From the NCBI GenBank assembly GCA_036505815.1, contig DASXSX010000064.1:8895-72894 (forward strand): a DNA stretch of 64,000 nt, written 5' to 3'. The position numbers were made by a program, and so were the translations under genes. Shown here in pieces: positions 29,813-37,806 of this stretch. The DNA comes from Thermoanaerobaculia bacterium (GTDB lineage Bacteria; Acidobacteriota; Thermoanaerobaculia; UBA5066; Gp7-AA6). The notes beneath the pieces were generated by a model. That model did no database searches. It saw nothing but the letters and a program-made list of their open reading frames with translations, and was not told where the DNA came from. Position 1 is the first letter of the stretch, and the number at the start of each line of letters is the position of its first letter.

Positions 29813-32104
29813 TCAGGTCCGTAGGCGCACGAGCAGGAAGGCGGCCGCCGTCGAGAACAGAACGTGAGGAGACCATGCGGCGAGCGGGGGAGGGAGTGCT
29901 CCGACATCCCCCAGCTTCGTGAAGAGGGCGTTCGCGATCAGAAACACCATCCCCAGTGCGAGCCCCACGCCAATGCCGGCGAGAGCGCCGCGCCTGCCGA
30001 TCCGGAACGCAAACGGGATCGCGAGGAGGGCCATAACCGGGAGCAGCAACGGCCCGGCGATCTTCGATTGCAGCGCGGTCTCCAGGGCCGCGGTGGGATA
30101 TCCGCTCCTTCGAAGCCTTCGGGTGTAACGCTGGAGCTCGCGGAACCGCATTTCCTCCGGTAACCGGCGTTCTGCGAAGAACGCCGACGGGGGGTCACCC
30201 ACCGTCCGCTCTTCGAGAAAGGTCGCAAAGGAGAGTGTCTCGCCGCCCCGGAACTCGCGCGTCCAGCCCTGGCGCAGGATCCACGTCCGGGATGTCTCGT
30301 CCCACGTCGCTTCGCGAGCCGCGGTGCGCCGCACGAGCTCGAACGCCGAATCGAACTGGTAGATCGACGGGAAGGCGAGCGTGCCGCTCCCCCCCTCACC
30401 TTCCTCGCGATGCCAGATCCGCCCGTCCCGCGCGTAATACCAGTTGCGCTCCGCCGGCGTTCGGAGCTTCCAGTCGGCCGGGTGTCCGGAGATCCGGTTG
30501 CGATAGCGGATCTCCCTCTGCTTGGCAATCGGGAGAGCGTACTCGCCGAGCGAGAAGGCGAGAACGGCGCCGAGGGCAGCCGCGACGAAAATCGGCGCTC
30601 CGAGGCGGCGGGCCGACACGCCGCTCGCCTTGAAAGCCGTGTCCTCGTTGTTCTTTGAGAAAATCCCGAGGCTGACGAGCGCCGCGATGAGAACGGCAAA
30701 CGGGGCGAGATCCATTGCGATCGAAAAGAGAAATGCCTGGTAGTAGCCGGCGACGACGGATCCCGGCGGGTGATTCGTCAAGATCTCGTCTGCTTTGTCC
30801 GAGTAGTCCACGATCACCGAGAGAAGGAGCACCGACGCGAAAACGAGCAGGAGCGTCGAGAAAAAGCGTCCGAGCACGTATCGGTCGAGGAGAGCCGGAA
30901 ACCGCAAAAACCCGCCGAACCAAGCGCGGCGGGAGGTTTCCGGGGCGGTCGAGGGCTGCTCGCGGCGGTGGCGGAGCCGGAGCGTCCAGCGTCCGCGCTC
31001 CCTCCCCGCGCGGCGGCTCGCCGCGAGACCGAATCCGACGAGGACGAGGTTGGGAAGCCACATGGCGAGAGCCGCGTTCATCCTGCCGTCCTGCGCCCAC
31101 GACTCGCCGTTGGAGATCAGCACGTAGTACACGACTAAGATCGCGAGTGAAATCGCGAAGCCACTCCCTTTTCCGCCGCGGCGAAACGTCTCCGCGAGAG
31201 GGATGCCGACGAAGGCGAAGGCGAAGCACGCGAACGGGATCGAGAACTTCTTGTGGATCTCGACGAGCGCCAGCCGGCGCCTCTCGGGAGAGACCCCGCG
31301 CAGGCGCCGGGCGATCTTGAGAAGCTCCGACAGCGACTGGGCGCGAAGTCCCTTCTCGTAGGTGATTCGAGACTGCACGGTCTCTTCGATGTCCTCCGAG
31401 AAGAGGATCCGCTGGAACTCGTTGCGGTTCGTGCGGTATCGCGAAGGGTTCGCCGGGTCGACGTCGTGGACGATCGAGGAGAAGAGATCGAGCCACAGCC
31501 TGCCTTGGTCGAGCGCCAGGGCTCCCCGGCGGGCGACGATCACACGATTGTTTCTCTCGTCATCCTCGCCGAGCTTCAAGAAAACCCCGTCGAAGGACCG
31601 GCCGTCGGCGCCGATGCGGTCGAAGAACAGCGTGACCCCCGGGCGCGGCTCCCGGAAGCTGCGCGGCTCGACGAGGTTGACGACGGACGTCGCCGCGAGG
31701 CGCGCCATCGACCTCGTCAGCTCGTCGTTCGCCCGGGGCAGGACGAGGTTGTAGAAGAGAAAGACGCCGGCCGACAGAACGGCTGCCGCCCCGAGCGTCG
31801 GGCGGTAGAGAGCCCCCGGCCCCACGCCGCAGGACCGCAGCGCGACGAGCTCGGAGTCGCCGGAGAGCCTTCCGATCCCAATCAGGACCCCGAGCAGGAA
31901 CGCCATCGGAAGAGTCAGGACGACGATCCAGGGAATCGAGAGAAGCACCAGCCAGGCGACCTCGGAGAGCGAGGCGCTGCGCCGGACGAAGAAATCCGCC
32001 ATCAGGAAGATGGTGCGGACGAGGAGGATGAACGTGTAGGCGGCGAAACCGAGCAGGAACGGCGGCCAGATCTCGCGCAGGACCGACCTCGAGATGAGCC
32101 TCAT
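29813..32104 (-). CDS. LptF-LptG fusion: two complete YjgP/YjgQ LPS-export permease modules in one ORF
   Basis: Module 1 starts MRLISRSVLREIWPPFLLGF. Module 2 restarts at LLDRYVLGRFFSTLLLVF after a basic linker. Each half has the 3 TM + periplasmic domain + 3 TM layout. 763 aa. Confidence 0.85.
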   Translation of the reverse strand: MRLISRSVLREIWPPFLLGFAAYTFILLVRTIFLMADFFVRRSASLSEVAWLVLLSIPWIVVLTLPMAFLLGVLIGIGRLSGDSELVALRSCGVGPGALYRPTLGAAAVLSAGVFLFYNLVLPRANDELTRSMARLAATSVVNLVEPRSFREPRPGVTLFFDRIGADGRSFDGVFLKLGEDDERNNRVIVARRGALALDQGRLWLDLFSSIVHDVDPANPSRYRTNRNEFQRILFSEDIEETVQSRITYEKGLRAQSLSELLKIARRLRGVSPERRRLALVEIHKKFSIPFACFAFAFVGIPLAETFRRGGKGSGFAISLAILVVYYVLISNGESWAQDGRMNAALAMWLPNLVLVGFGLAASRRAGRERGRWTLRLRHRREQPSTAPETSRRAWFGGFLRFPALLDRYVLGRFFSTLLLVFASVLLLSVIVDYSDKADEILTNHPPGSVVAGYYQAFLFSIAMDLAPFAVLIAALVSLGIFSKNNEDTAFKASGVSARRLGAPIFVAAALGAVLAFSLGEYALPIAKQREIRYRNRISGHPADWKLRTPAERNWYYARDGRIWHREEGEGGSGTLAFPSIYQFDSAFELVRRTAAREATWDETSRTWILRQGWTREFRGGETLSFATFLEERTVGDPPSAFFAERRLPEEMRFRELQRYTRRLRRSGYPTAALETALQSKIAGPLLLPVMALLAIPFAFRIGRRGALAGIGVGLALGMVFLIANALFTKLGDVGALPPPLAAWSPHVLFSTAAAFLLVRLRT

Positions 32105-32232
32105 CGAGAGGGAAGCGTCCGCGGTGGATGCCGAGGAGTCAAGCGGGCCGGCCGGCCAACGCCCCGGATGCAGCGTCCGATAAGATAGATTATGTAAAGT
32201 CAGATGGAATCGTGCCGGCGCCGAAACTGGCG

Positions 32233-32817
32233 TCAGGTCCTCTTCCGGCCCTCACGCGCGCCCTTCCGAGGCTGTGCCCTGCCTCCCGGACTCACGGCAT
32301 ACCGCAGTCGCACGACGCCGTCGGCGAATCGGCGCGAGGAGACGAGGCGCAACGGAACCAACCGGCGTCGGGGGGCGATGAGCGGAATTCCTTCTCCGAT
32401 GAACGTGGGTACCACGTGGACGATGAACTCGTCGATCTCGCCGGCGTCGAGAAGAGATGCGATGAGTCCGGCGCCGCCCATGACCCAGATGTTCTTCCCG
32501 GGCGCCGCCCGTAGGCGCCTCGCGAAGGCTTGGATTGGCTCGCGGACGAACTCGACGTCGGGCGTGCGGGACTTCGGAGGACGTCGCGAGAAGACGTAGT
32601 TTTTCACGCGCGCGCCATAACCGACGCCGCGGCCGCGCGTGTAGCCGAGCGCGACCTCGTAGGTCTTCCGTCCCCAGAGGATCGTGTCGATCGATTTGAA
32701 GAAGGCGGACATGCCGTAGTCACCCGCCCTGCGCGGACGATTCAGCCATTCGACACTACCGTCCGATCGAGCGATGAATCCGTCGGCGCTCGTCGCGATG
32801 TAAACGATGATCTTTCT
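32233..32817 (-). CDS. Dihydrofolate-reductase-like (RibD C-terminal domain) family protein; conserved N-terminus has no canonical start codon
   Basis: The track ORF starts at ATG 32712 (MSAFFKSIDTILWGRKTY...). The same frame upstream reads RKIIVYIATSADGFIARSDGSVEWLNRPRRAGDYG, the usual N-terminus of this family. No ATG/GTG/TTG/CTG occurs in frame back to the stop at 32956-32958. Confidence 0.6.
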   Translation of the reverse strand, partial: RKIIVYIATSADGFIARSDGSVEWLNRPRRAGDYGMSAFFKSIDTILWGRKTYEVALGYTRGRGVGYGARVKNYVFSRRPPKSRTPDVEFVREPIQAFARRLRAAPGKNIWVMGGAGLIASLLDAGEIDEFIVHVVPTFIGEGIPLIAPRRRLVPLRLVSSRRFADGVVRLRYAVSPGGRAQPRKGAREGRKRT

Positions 32818-32941
32818 TCCAGGTATCCCGCCACGTCGGGCGCGAGAAGCTCGCTGACCCCCGCCTCCCGCCTCTCGTTCCGCAGCTCTTCGCCCATCCG
32901 CCTCGCGATAGCCGATTGCTCGATTCGGGATATCGCCTCCT

Positions 32942-33304
32942 TCAGATGTGCGTGATCATCAGAACGTACCCGTCCGGATCCTCGACCCGGAACTCTCCCC
33001 GAGGCGCGTAGAACGGGTACTTAACCGGGCCGACGGCAACACCGGAATTTTCGAGCGCCGCTCTCGTGCCCGGAACCTCGTCGCAGTACAGATAGAAGAG
33101 GACAGCCTGCTGGCCGGCGATGACCGGCTCGTCCGCGAGCGCCAGCATCAGTCTCGCGCCGCCTTCCGACTCGAGCCATGCCCACATCGGGTCGGTCGAG
33201 CCCTGGGGAGAGAACGTGTTGCCAACCTCGAAGCCGAGCTTCCGGTAGAAGGCGATCGATTCGGGGATGCTCCGGACGTGGGCCAGGGGCACGAGCGACC
33301 TCAT
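32942..33304 (-). CDS. VOC (glyoxalase/bleomycin-resistance) family protein
   Basis: 120 aa with a beta-alpha-beta-beta-beta style sequence (SIAFYRKLGFEV...FRVEDPDGYVLMI). It lies 5 nt after the parB stop. Confidence 0.8.
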   Translation of the reverse strand: MRSLVPLAHVRSIPESIAFYRKLGFEVGNTFSPQGSTDPMWAWLESEGGARLMLALADEPVIAGQQAVLFYLYCDEVPGTRAALENSGVAVGPVKYPFYAPRGEFRVEDPDGYVLMITHI

Positions 33305-33309
33305 GGCCT

Positions 33310-34155
33310 TTACCTCTTCGGCAGCTTGATCTCCCCCGCTTCGAGCTGCTTGATCACTTCTTTCAACGCGTGCACGAGTTCCGACTTTTCGACACGCGAC
33401 TTCGCGAAGGAGAGGGCGAGCTTGTACGGTCCCCCCTTCGGCTTGTAGACGAACGAGAAGCGCTTCGCTCGCCGCGACGGAGCCTCTTCCTTCTTCCGAG
33501 CGCGCAGGTCGTCCCGTGTCGAGCCGGAGCCGATCCGGCGGATCGCGTCGCGCATCTTCTCAGGGTCCTTCAGCCGCGCGATCTCCAGGAGCACCGACTT
33601 CGCCTCGATGTCGGCGCGCCGACATTCGTCGCGGAGCTCCTCCGGGATGTCGAGGAGCGACATCGCTTCGGTGACCGAGACGCGGGATTTGCCGATGGCA
33701 TCGGCGACCTGCTGCTGGGTGTAGCCGTGCCTCACGGTCAGGCCGGCGAGACCATCGGCTTCTTCGAAAGGATGGAGGTCTTTGCGGTGGAGGTTCTCGA
33801 TCAAGGCGATCTCGAGAACCTCGGAGTCCGCGACGTCGAGCTCGATGCACGGGACTTCGGCCAGGCCCGCCTCGAGAGCCGCGCGGAACCTCCTCTCCCC
33901 CGCGATGATCCGGAACCGGCCTTCGGGCATCGGGCGAACGAGGAGTGGCTCGAGCACTCCCTTGGCTTCGATCGACTTGACGAGCTCCCGCAGGTCTCCC
34001 ACGCTCGTGCGGGGCTGCTCGGGGTTCGTCTCGATGTCCTCGATCGGAATGAACCGGCCGAGAGCCTCGCCGAACCTCTCCGCGAGGGACTCGACGAAGT
34101 GGGAGTCGTGACGCATCCGCGCCTCCGTGGGCAGGCCCCGTCTTCGGCTAGACAC
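33310..34155 (-). CDS. parB: Chromosome partitioning protein ParB
   Basis: NPEQPRTSVGDLRELVKSIEAKGVLEPLLVRP....FRIIAGERRFRAA (GERR box) plus an HTH (YTQQQVADAIGKSRVSVTEAMSLL). Confidence 0.93.
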   Translation of the reverse strand: MSSRRRGLPTEARMRHDSHFVESLAERFGEALGRFIPIEDIETNPEQPRTSVGDLRELVKSIEAKGVLEPLLVRPMPEGRFRIIAGERRFRAALEAGLAEVPCIELDVADSEVLEIALIENLHRKDLHPFEEADGLAGLTVRHGYTQQQVADAIGKSRVSVTEAMSLLDIPEELRDECRRADIEAKSVLLEIARLKDPEKMRDAIRRIGSGSTRDDLRARKKEEAPSRRAKRFSFVYKPKGGPYKLALSFAKSRVEKSELVHALKEVIKQLEAGEIKLPKR

Positions 34156-34903
34156 GCGAGAGCACCTCCTCGGATAGGGAGTAGTACTCCGCCGCGCCGC
34201 TCGAGCGCGGCGAGAACGTAAAAATCGACTCGCGGTGCGCGGGGCTCTCTTCCAGTCGAACGCTCTTGGAAATGGTGGTCTTGAAGAGCTTCTCCCCGAA
34301 GACGGCGCTGATCTGATCGTAGACGTCCTTGGCGATCACGGTCCGCCGGTCGTGGAGCGTGATCAGGACCCCCAGGAGACGCAGCGCCGGATTCGGCCGC
34401 GCCTTGATCTTGTCGATCGTTTCCAAGAGGTCGTCGGTCCCCTCCAGCGCGAAGTACGAGGACTGGATCGGGATCAGGATGTGGGTCGCCGCGACCATTG
34501 CGTTGACCGTGATCATCCCCAATGTCGGGGGCGTGTCGATGACGATCGCGTCGTACCGCTTGCGGGCCCCGTCCAGCTTGTCCCGCAGGCGGAAATGACC
34601 GTCGATCTCACCCAAAAGCTTCGACTCGATCTTCGCGAGCGCAATCCGGGCGGGGGCGACGTCTAAGTTCTTCATCGACGACTTCACGACGACGTGGGAC
34701 ATCTTGACGGCGGGCTCGGTCAAGACGTCAAACATGGATTTCTCGACCGACCGGCGGTCGACATAAGACATCGTGCTGTTGGCCTGGGGATCGAGGTCGA
34801 TCAAAAGGGTCTTCATTCCCTTCTGGGCGAGGGCGGCGGCGAGGTTGATGGCGGTGGTGGTTTTTCCGACTCCTCCCTTTTGATTCGCGATGCAGATGAC
34901 CAC
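34148..34903 (-). CDS. parA: Chromosome partitioning ATPase ParA/Soj
   Basis: Deviant Walker A IANQKGGVGKTTTAINLAA, DLDPQANST, IDTPP. Overlaps parB by 8 nt. Confidence 0.95.
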   Translation of the reverse strand: MVICIANQKGGVGKTTTAINLAAALAQKGMKTLLIDLDPQANSTMSYVDRRSVEKSMFDVLTEPAVKMSHVVVKSSMKNLDVAPARIALAKIESKLLGEIDGHFRLRDKLDGARKRYDAIVIDTPPTLGMITVNAMVAATHILIPIQSSYFALEGTDDLLETIDKIKARPNPALRLLGVLITLHDRRTVIAKDVYDQISAVFGEKLFKTTISKSVRLEESPAHRESIFTFSPRSSGAAEYYSLSEEVLSRV

Positions 34904-34985
34904 GGAAAAACAGTATAGCTCTCCGCTTTCGAATTCACGCGACGGGATCGGTGGCGAGTGAGAGAAGTGAGAGCGGGAACCTGGG

Positions 34986-35468
34986 CTACATTCTGTACTT
35001 GCCGAGCTCCTCCGGGTTGACTTCCTCGAGCCACTTCTTCAGGCGCTCGGGATCCGTGTCGTCTCCGTCGGGTCGCAGAGTCTTGCTCTTCTCGAGCACT
35101 TCTTCCTCGACGAAGATCTCGGCGTCCACGCGCAGCGCAAGCGCGATCGCGTCGCTCGGGCGGCTGTCGACGTTCCATCGGGTCTCGCCGCGCAGGAGGT
35201 GGATGCGGGCGAAGAAGGTGTTGTCTTTGAGGTCGTTGATGACGATCTTCTCGACCTTCGCGTCGAGCTCGCCCAAGAGGTTCTTCAGGAGATCGTGGGT
35301 CATCGGCCGTGGCGTCGTGATCTTCTCCATCTGAAGGGCGATCGCGTTTGCCTCGAAGATCCCGACCCAGATCGGCAGAAAGACTCCGTTTGCCGCGTCC
35401 CGCAGGACGACCACGGGCATATTGGAGACGGGGTCCATCAGCAGGCCTTTGATCTCCATCTTGACCAT
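34986..35468 (-). CDS. Bifunctional nuclease (BFN/DUF151) family protein
   Basis: PVVVLRDAANGVFLPIWVGIFEANAIALQMEKITTPRPMTHDLL...ARIHL...VDSRPSDAIALALR. Confidence 0.85.
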   Translation of the reverse strand: MVKMEIKGLLMDPVSNMPVVVLRDAANGVFLPIWVGIFEANAIALQMEKITTPRPMTHDLLKNLLGELDAKVEKIVINDLKDNTFFARIHLLRGETRWNVDSRPSDAIALALRVDAEIFVEEEVLEKSKTLRPDGDDTDPERLKKWLEEVNPEELGKYRM

Positions 35469-35480
35469 CGGTCCTCCTCT

Positions 35481-36821
35481 CTACGCGGCGACTTCCGCCA
35501 GAAGCGAGTTGGGCAGCCCGCGGATGATTCGAACCCGCAGGTAGTCCCCCGGTTTCGAGAGCCCGCCGTCTCCGCTCACGTGGGCGATGCGGTTGCAAGG
35601 CGTGCGCCCCCGGGTCCGCCCGTCCTTGTCCGGGCCTTCGACCAACACCTCGATCTCGCTGCCCACGAGGCTGCGATTGACCTCGGCCTGGAGCTCCGTC
35701 TGGAGATCGAGAAGCCGGGCGAGCCGGTCGGCCGCGACCTCGTCGGGGACGAACGTCTCTCTCCCCCACCGCGCCGCCGCGGTCCCCGGGCGCGCGGAGT
35801 AGCGGAACGCAAACACGCTCGCGAACCGCGCAGCGCGGACGAGGGCGAGCGTCGCCTCGAAGTCGTCTTCCGTCTCGCCTGGAAAACCGACGATGAAGTC
35901 CGACGAGATGGCGATTTGCGGCAACGCGGTGCGCACCCGGGCGATCTTCTCGAGATATTCGGAGGCCGTGTAGCGGCGCTTCATCCGGTACAGGACGCGG
36001 TCTGAGCCGGACTGCGCGGGCAGGTGCAGGAATGGCGCAACGTTTCCGCCGGCCGCGATCGCTTCGATCATGGCGTTATTCACGAAGCGCGGGTGCGAGG
36101 TCAGAAAGCGAAGGCGCCGCACGCCCGGGATCCGCGCCGCTTTGGAGAGGAGTTCCCCGAAGCCGATCCCTTCCTCGGGATCCCGGTAGGCGTTGACCGT
36201 CTGACCGAGCAGCGTCACCTCGCTGTAGCCGCGCGCGACGAGCGAGCGGATCTCCTCGAAGACCTCCGAGGACCGGCGGCTGCGCTCGCGCCCCCGCGTG
36301 AAGGGAACGATGCAGAACGTGCAGAACTGGCTGCAGCCTTCGATCACCGTGACGTAGGCCTGGAACGCCGAGCCGCGCGAGATCTCCCGGAACTGGTAGA
36401 CCGGCGATTCGATCGGCAGCTCGAGCGAGAGCACGTGTCGCCTCTCCGACCGGACCTGCTCGACCAGCTCGCCGATGCGCTCCACGTTCCCGGTGCCCAG
36501 GACGAAGTCCACCCAGGGCGCCCGCTCCAGGATCTCCTTTCCCTCGACCTGCGCGACGCAACCGGTCACGCCGATGACGAGCTGCGGAAAGTCCTGCTTG
36601 CGGCGCCCGAGCACCCCGAGGGCGCTGTAGACCTTCGCTTCGGCTTTCTCCCGGACCGCGCAGGTGTTCAAAATGACGACGTCGGCAGACTCTTCCTTTC
36701 CGGCCGCCCGGAAGCCCCGCCGGTCGAGCTGGCCGGCCATCCGCTCGCCGTCCAAGACGTTCATCTGGCAGCCCCAGGTTTCGACGCGGTAGGAAGGCAG
36801 CTCGCTCATTCGCGCAGCCAT
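35481..36821 (-). CDS. miaB: tRNA-2-methylthio-N6-dimethylallyladenosine synthase (radical SAM methylthiotransferase)
   Basis: N-terminal ETWGCQMNVLDGERMAG. Radical-SAM cluster motif GCSQFCTFCIVP. C-terminal TRAM-like segment. Confidence 0.9.
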   Translation of the reverse strand: MAARMSELPSYRVETWGCQMNVLDGERMAGQLDRRGFRAAGKEESADVVILNTCAVREKAEAKVYSALGVLGRRKQDFPQLVIGVTGCVAQVEGKEILERAPWVDFVLGTGNVERIGELVEQVRSERRHVLSLELPIESPVYQFREISRGSAFQAYVTVIEGCSQFCTFCIVPFTRGRERSRRSSEVFEEIRSLVARGYSEVTLLGQTVNAYRDPEEGIGFGELLSKAARIPGVRRLRFLTSHPRFVNNAMIEAIAAGGNVAPFLHLPAQSGSDRVLYRMKRRYTASEYLEKIARVRTALPQIAISSDFIVGFPGETEDDFEATLALVRAARFASVFAFRYSARPGTAAARWGRETFVPDEVAADRLARLLDLQTELQAEVNRSLVGSEIEVLVEGPDKDGRTRGRTPCNRIAHVSGDGGLSKPGDYLRVRIIRGLPNSLLAEVAA

Positions 36822-37456
36822 CCGGGAAGGGCGCCGGCCCGGCGCGCGCGGTCGGGAAGATCCTGGAGCTCCTTCTCGGCGACCGGGAGATCCTGGCGCG
36901 CGGTCGCGAGCTCCTCGCGCGCCTTGTCCCAGGCCGGCTTGATCACGCGGTCCCGGTAGGCGCCGTCGTCCCAGGAGTAGAAGTCGGTCTCGAGCTTTTT
37001 CGTCTCCGCCTCGAGCCGCGCGATCGTTTCCTTGATTGCCGCCACCCGTTCGCGCAACCGACGCGCCTCTCCCCGCCAGTATTCTTCCCCGCCCTCGGCC
37101 GACTCACCCGCTGCGGGTCCGGTTGGAGTGCGGGTGGACGCGTTCGCCGGCCGTTTGCCCGTCTCTTCTTTTGCTCCCGGCGTCGGAGAGGGTTGGATAC
37201 GCGACGTCGTCAGCTTGCCTTTGCCGGGATCGGTAACGAGAGAGTCGTTGGTGATCCGCACGCCCTTTTTTTCGCCCTCCCGCCGGGCGCGGCCCGACAC
37301 CGGCGCCTTGCCGAACCCACCGGTCAATCGGGGCGTGGGAGTAGGAGTCGGCTGCGGAGCGGCGGCCACCGTCAAGAGAGCTGCCGCGAGCACGGCAAGA
37401 AGAGCGCGTCGGCTTCCGCCGGGGAAAGTGACCATGGTCGCGCGACCGGGCGTCAC
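36806..37456 (-). CDS. Hypothetical exported protein (P/T-rich linker + C-terminal coiled coil)
   Basis: GTG 37456 overlaps the cupin stop (GTGA); an alternative ATG is at 37435. Signal RRALLAVLAAALLTVAAA. The 3' end overlaps the miaB start by 16 nt. Confidence 0.55.
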   Translation of the reverse strand: MTPGRATMVTFPGGSRRALLAVLAAALLTVAAAPQPTPTPTPRLTGGFGKAPVSGRARREGEKKGVRITNDSLVTDPGKGKLTTSRIQPSPTPGAKEETGKRPANASTRTPTGPAAGESAEGGEEYWRGEARRLRERVAAIKETIARLEAETKKLETDFYSWDDGAYRDRVIKPAWDKAREELATARQDLPVAEKELQDLPDRARRAGALPGWLRE

Positions 37457-37806
37457 GGGGCGGTCGTGCCGGCGCGGCCGTAGGCGTCCTCGAGCCGGAC
37501 GACGTCGTCCAACTCCGGCGAGGACACTTCGATCAGGTCGCAGGCGGCCTCGGCGCGCATGCGGTGACGCACACCGGGGCGGATTCGGTAGACACTTCCC
37601 TCCAGGAGCCGCATCTCCTTCATTTCGCCATCGACCTCGACGGAAAGGTGCACCTCACCTCGGAGAACGTAGAAGGTCTCGTCCTTTCTTTCATGGTACT
37701 GGAGGGAGAGCGAGTGGCCCGGCTCCAGATGGAGGATTTTTCCGGCGTAGCGTTCATTTTCGGCGAAAATCAGCTCGTTTCCCCACGGTTTCGGCACGGT
37801 TCTCAC
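37453..37806 (-). CDS. Cupin domain protein
   Basis: KPWGNELIFAENERYAGKILHLEPGHSLSLQYHERKDETFYVLRGE...RIRPGVRHRM. GTG 37806 overlaps the Enzyme I stop (GTGA). Confidence 0.75.
   Translation of the reverse strand: MRTVPKPWGNELIFAENERYAGKILHLEPGHSLSLQYHERKDETFYVLRGEVHLSVEVDGEMKEMRLLEGSVYRIRPGVRHRMRAEAACDLIEVSSPELDDVVRLEDAYGRAGTTAP

Noticed and set aside
32105-32232. AT-rich patch (gataagatagattatgtaaagtcagatgg) upstream of the LptFG gene as a defined promoter or small RNA.
   Set aside because: It stands out from the GC-rich background and probably contains the lptFG promoter. However, I could not place a convincing -35/-10 pair at proper spacing, and there is no hairpin or ORF evidence for anything more.
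33310-34985. Replication origin next to parAB.
   Set aside because: I saw no cluster of DnaA-box-like TTATCCACA sequences and no marked AT-rich unwinding element in the flanking intergenic regions. dnaA, dnaN and gidA/B are absent from the window.
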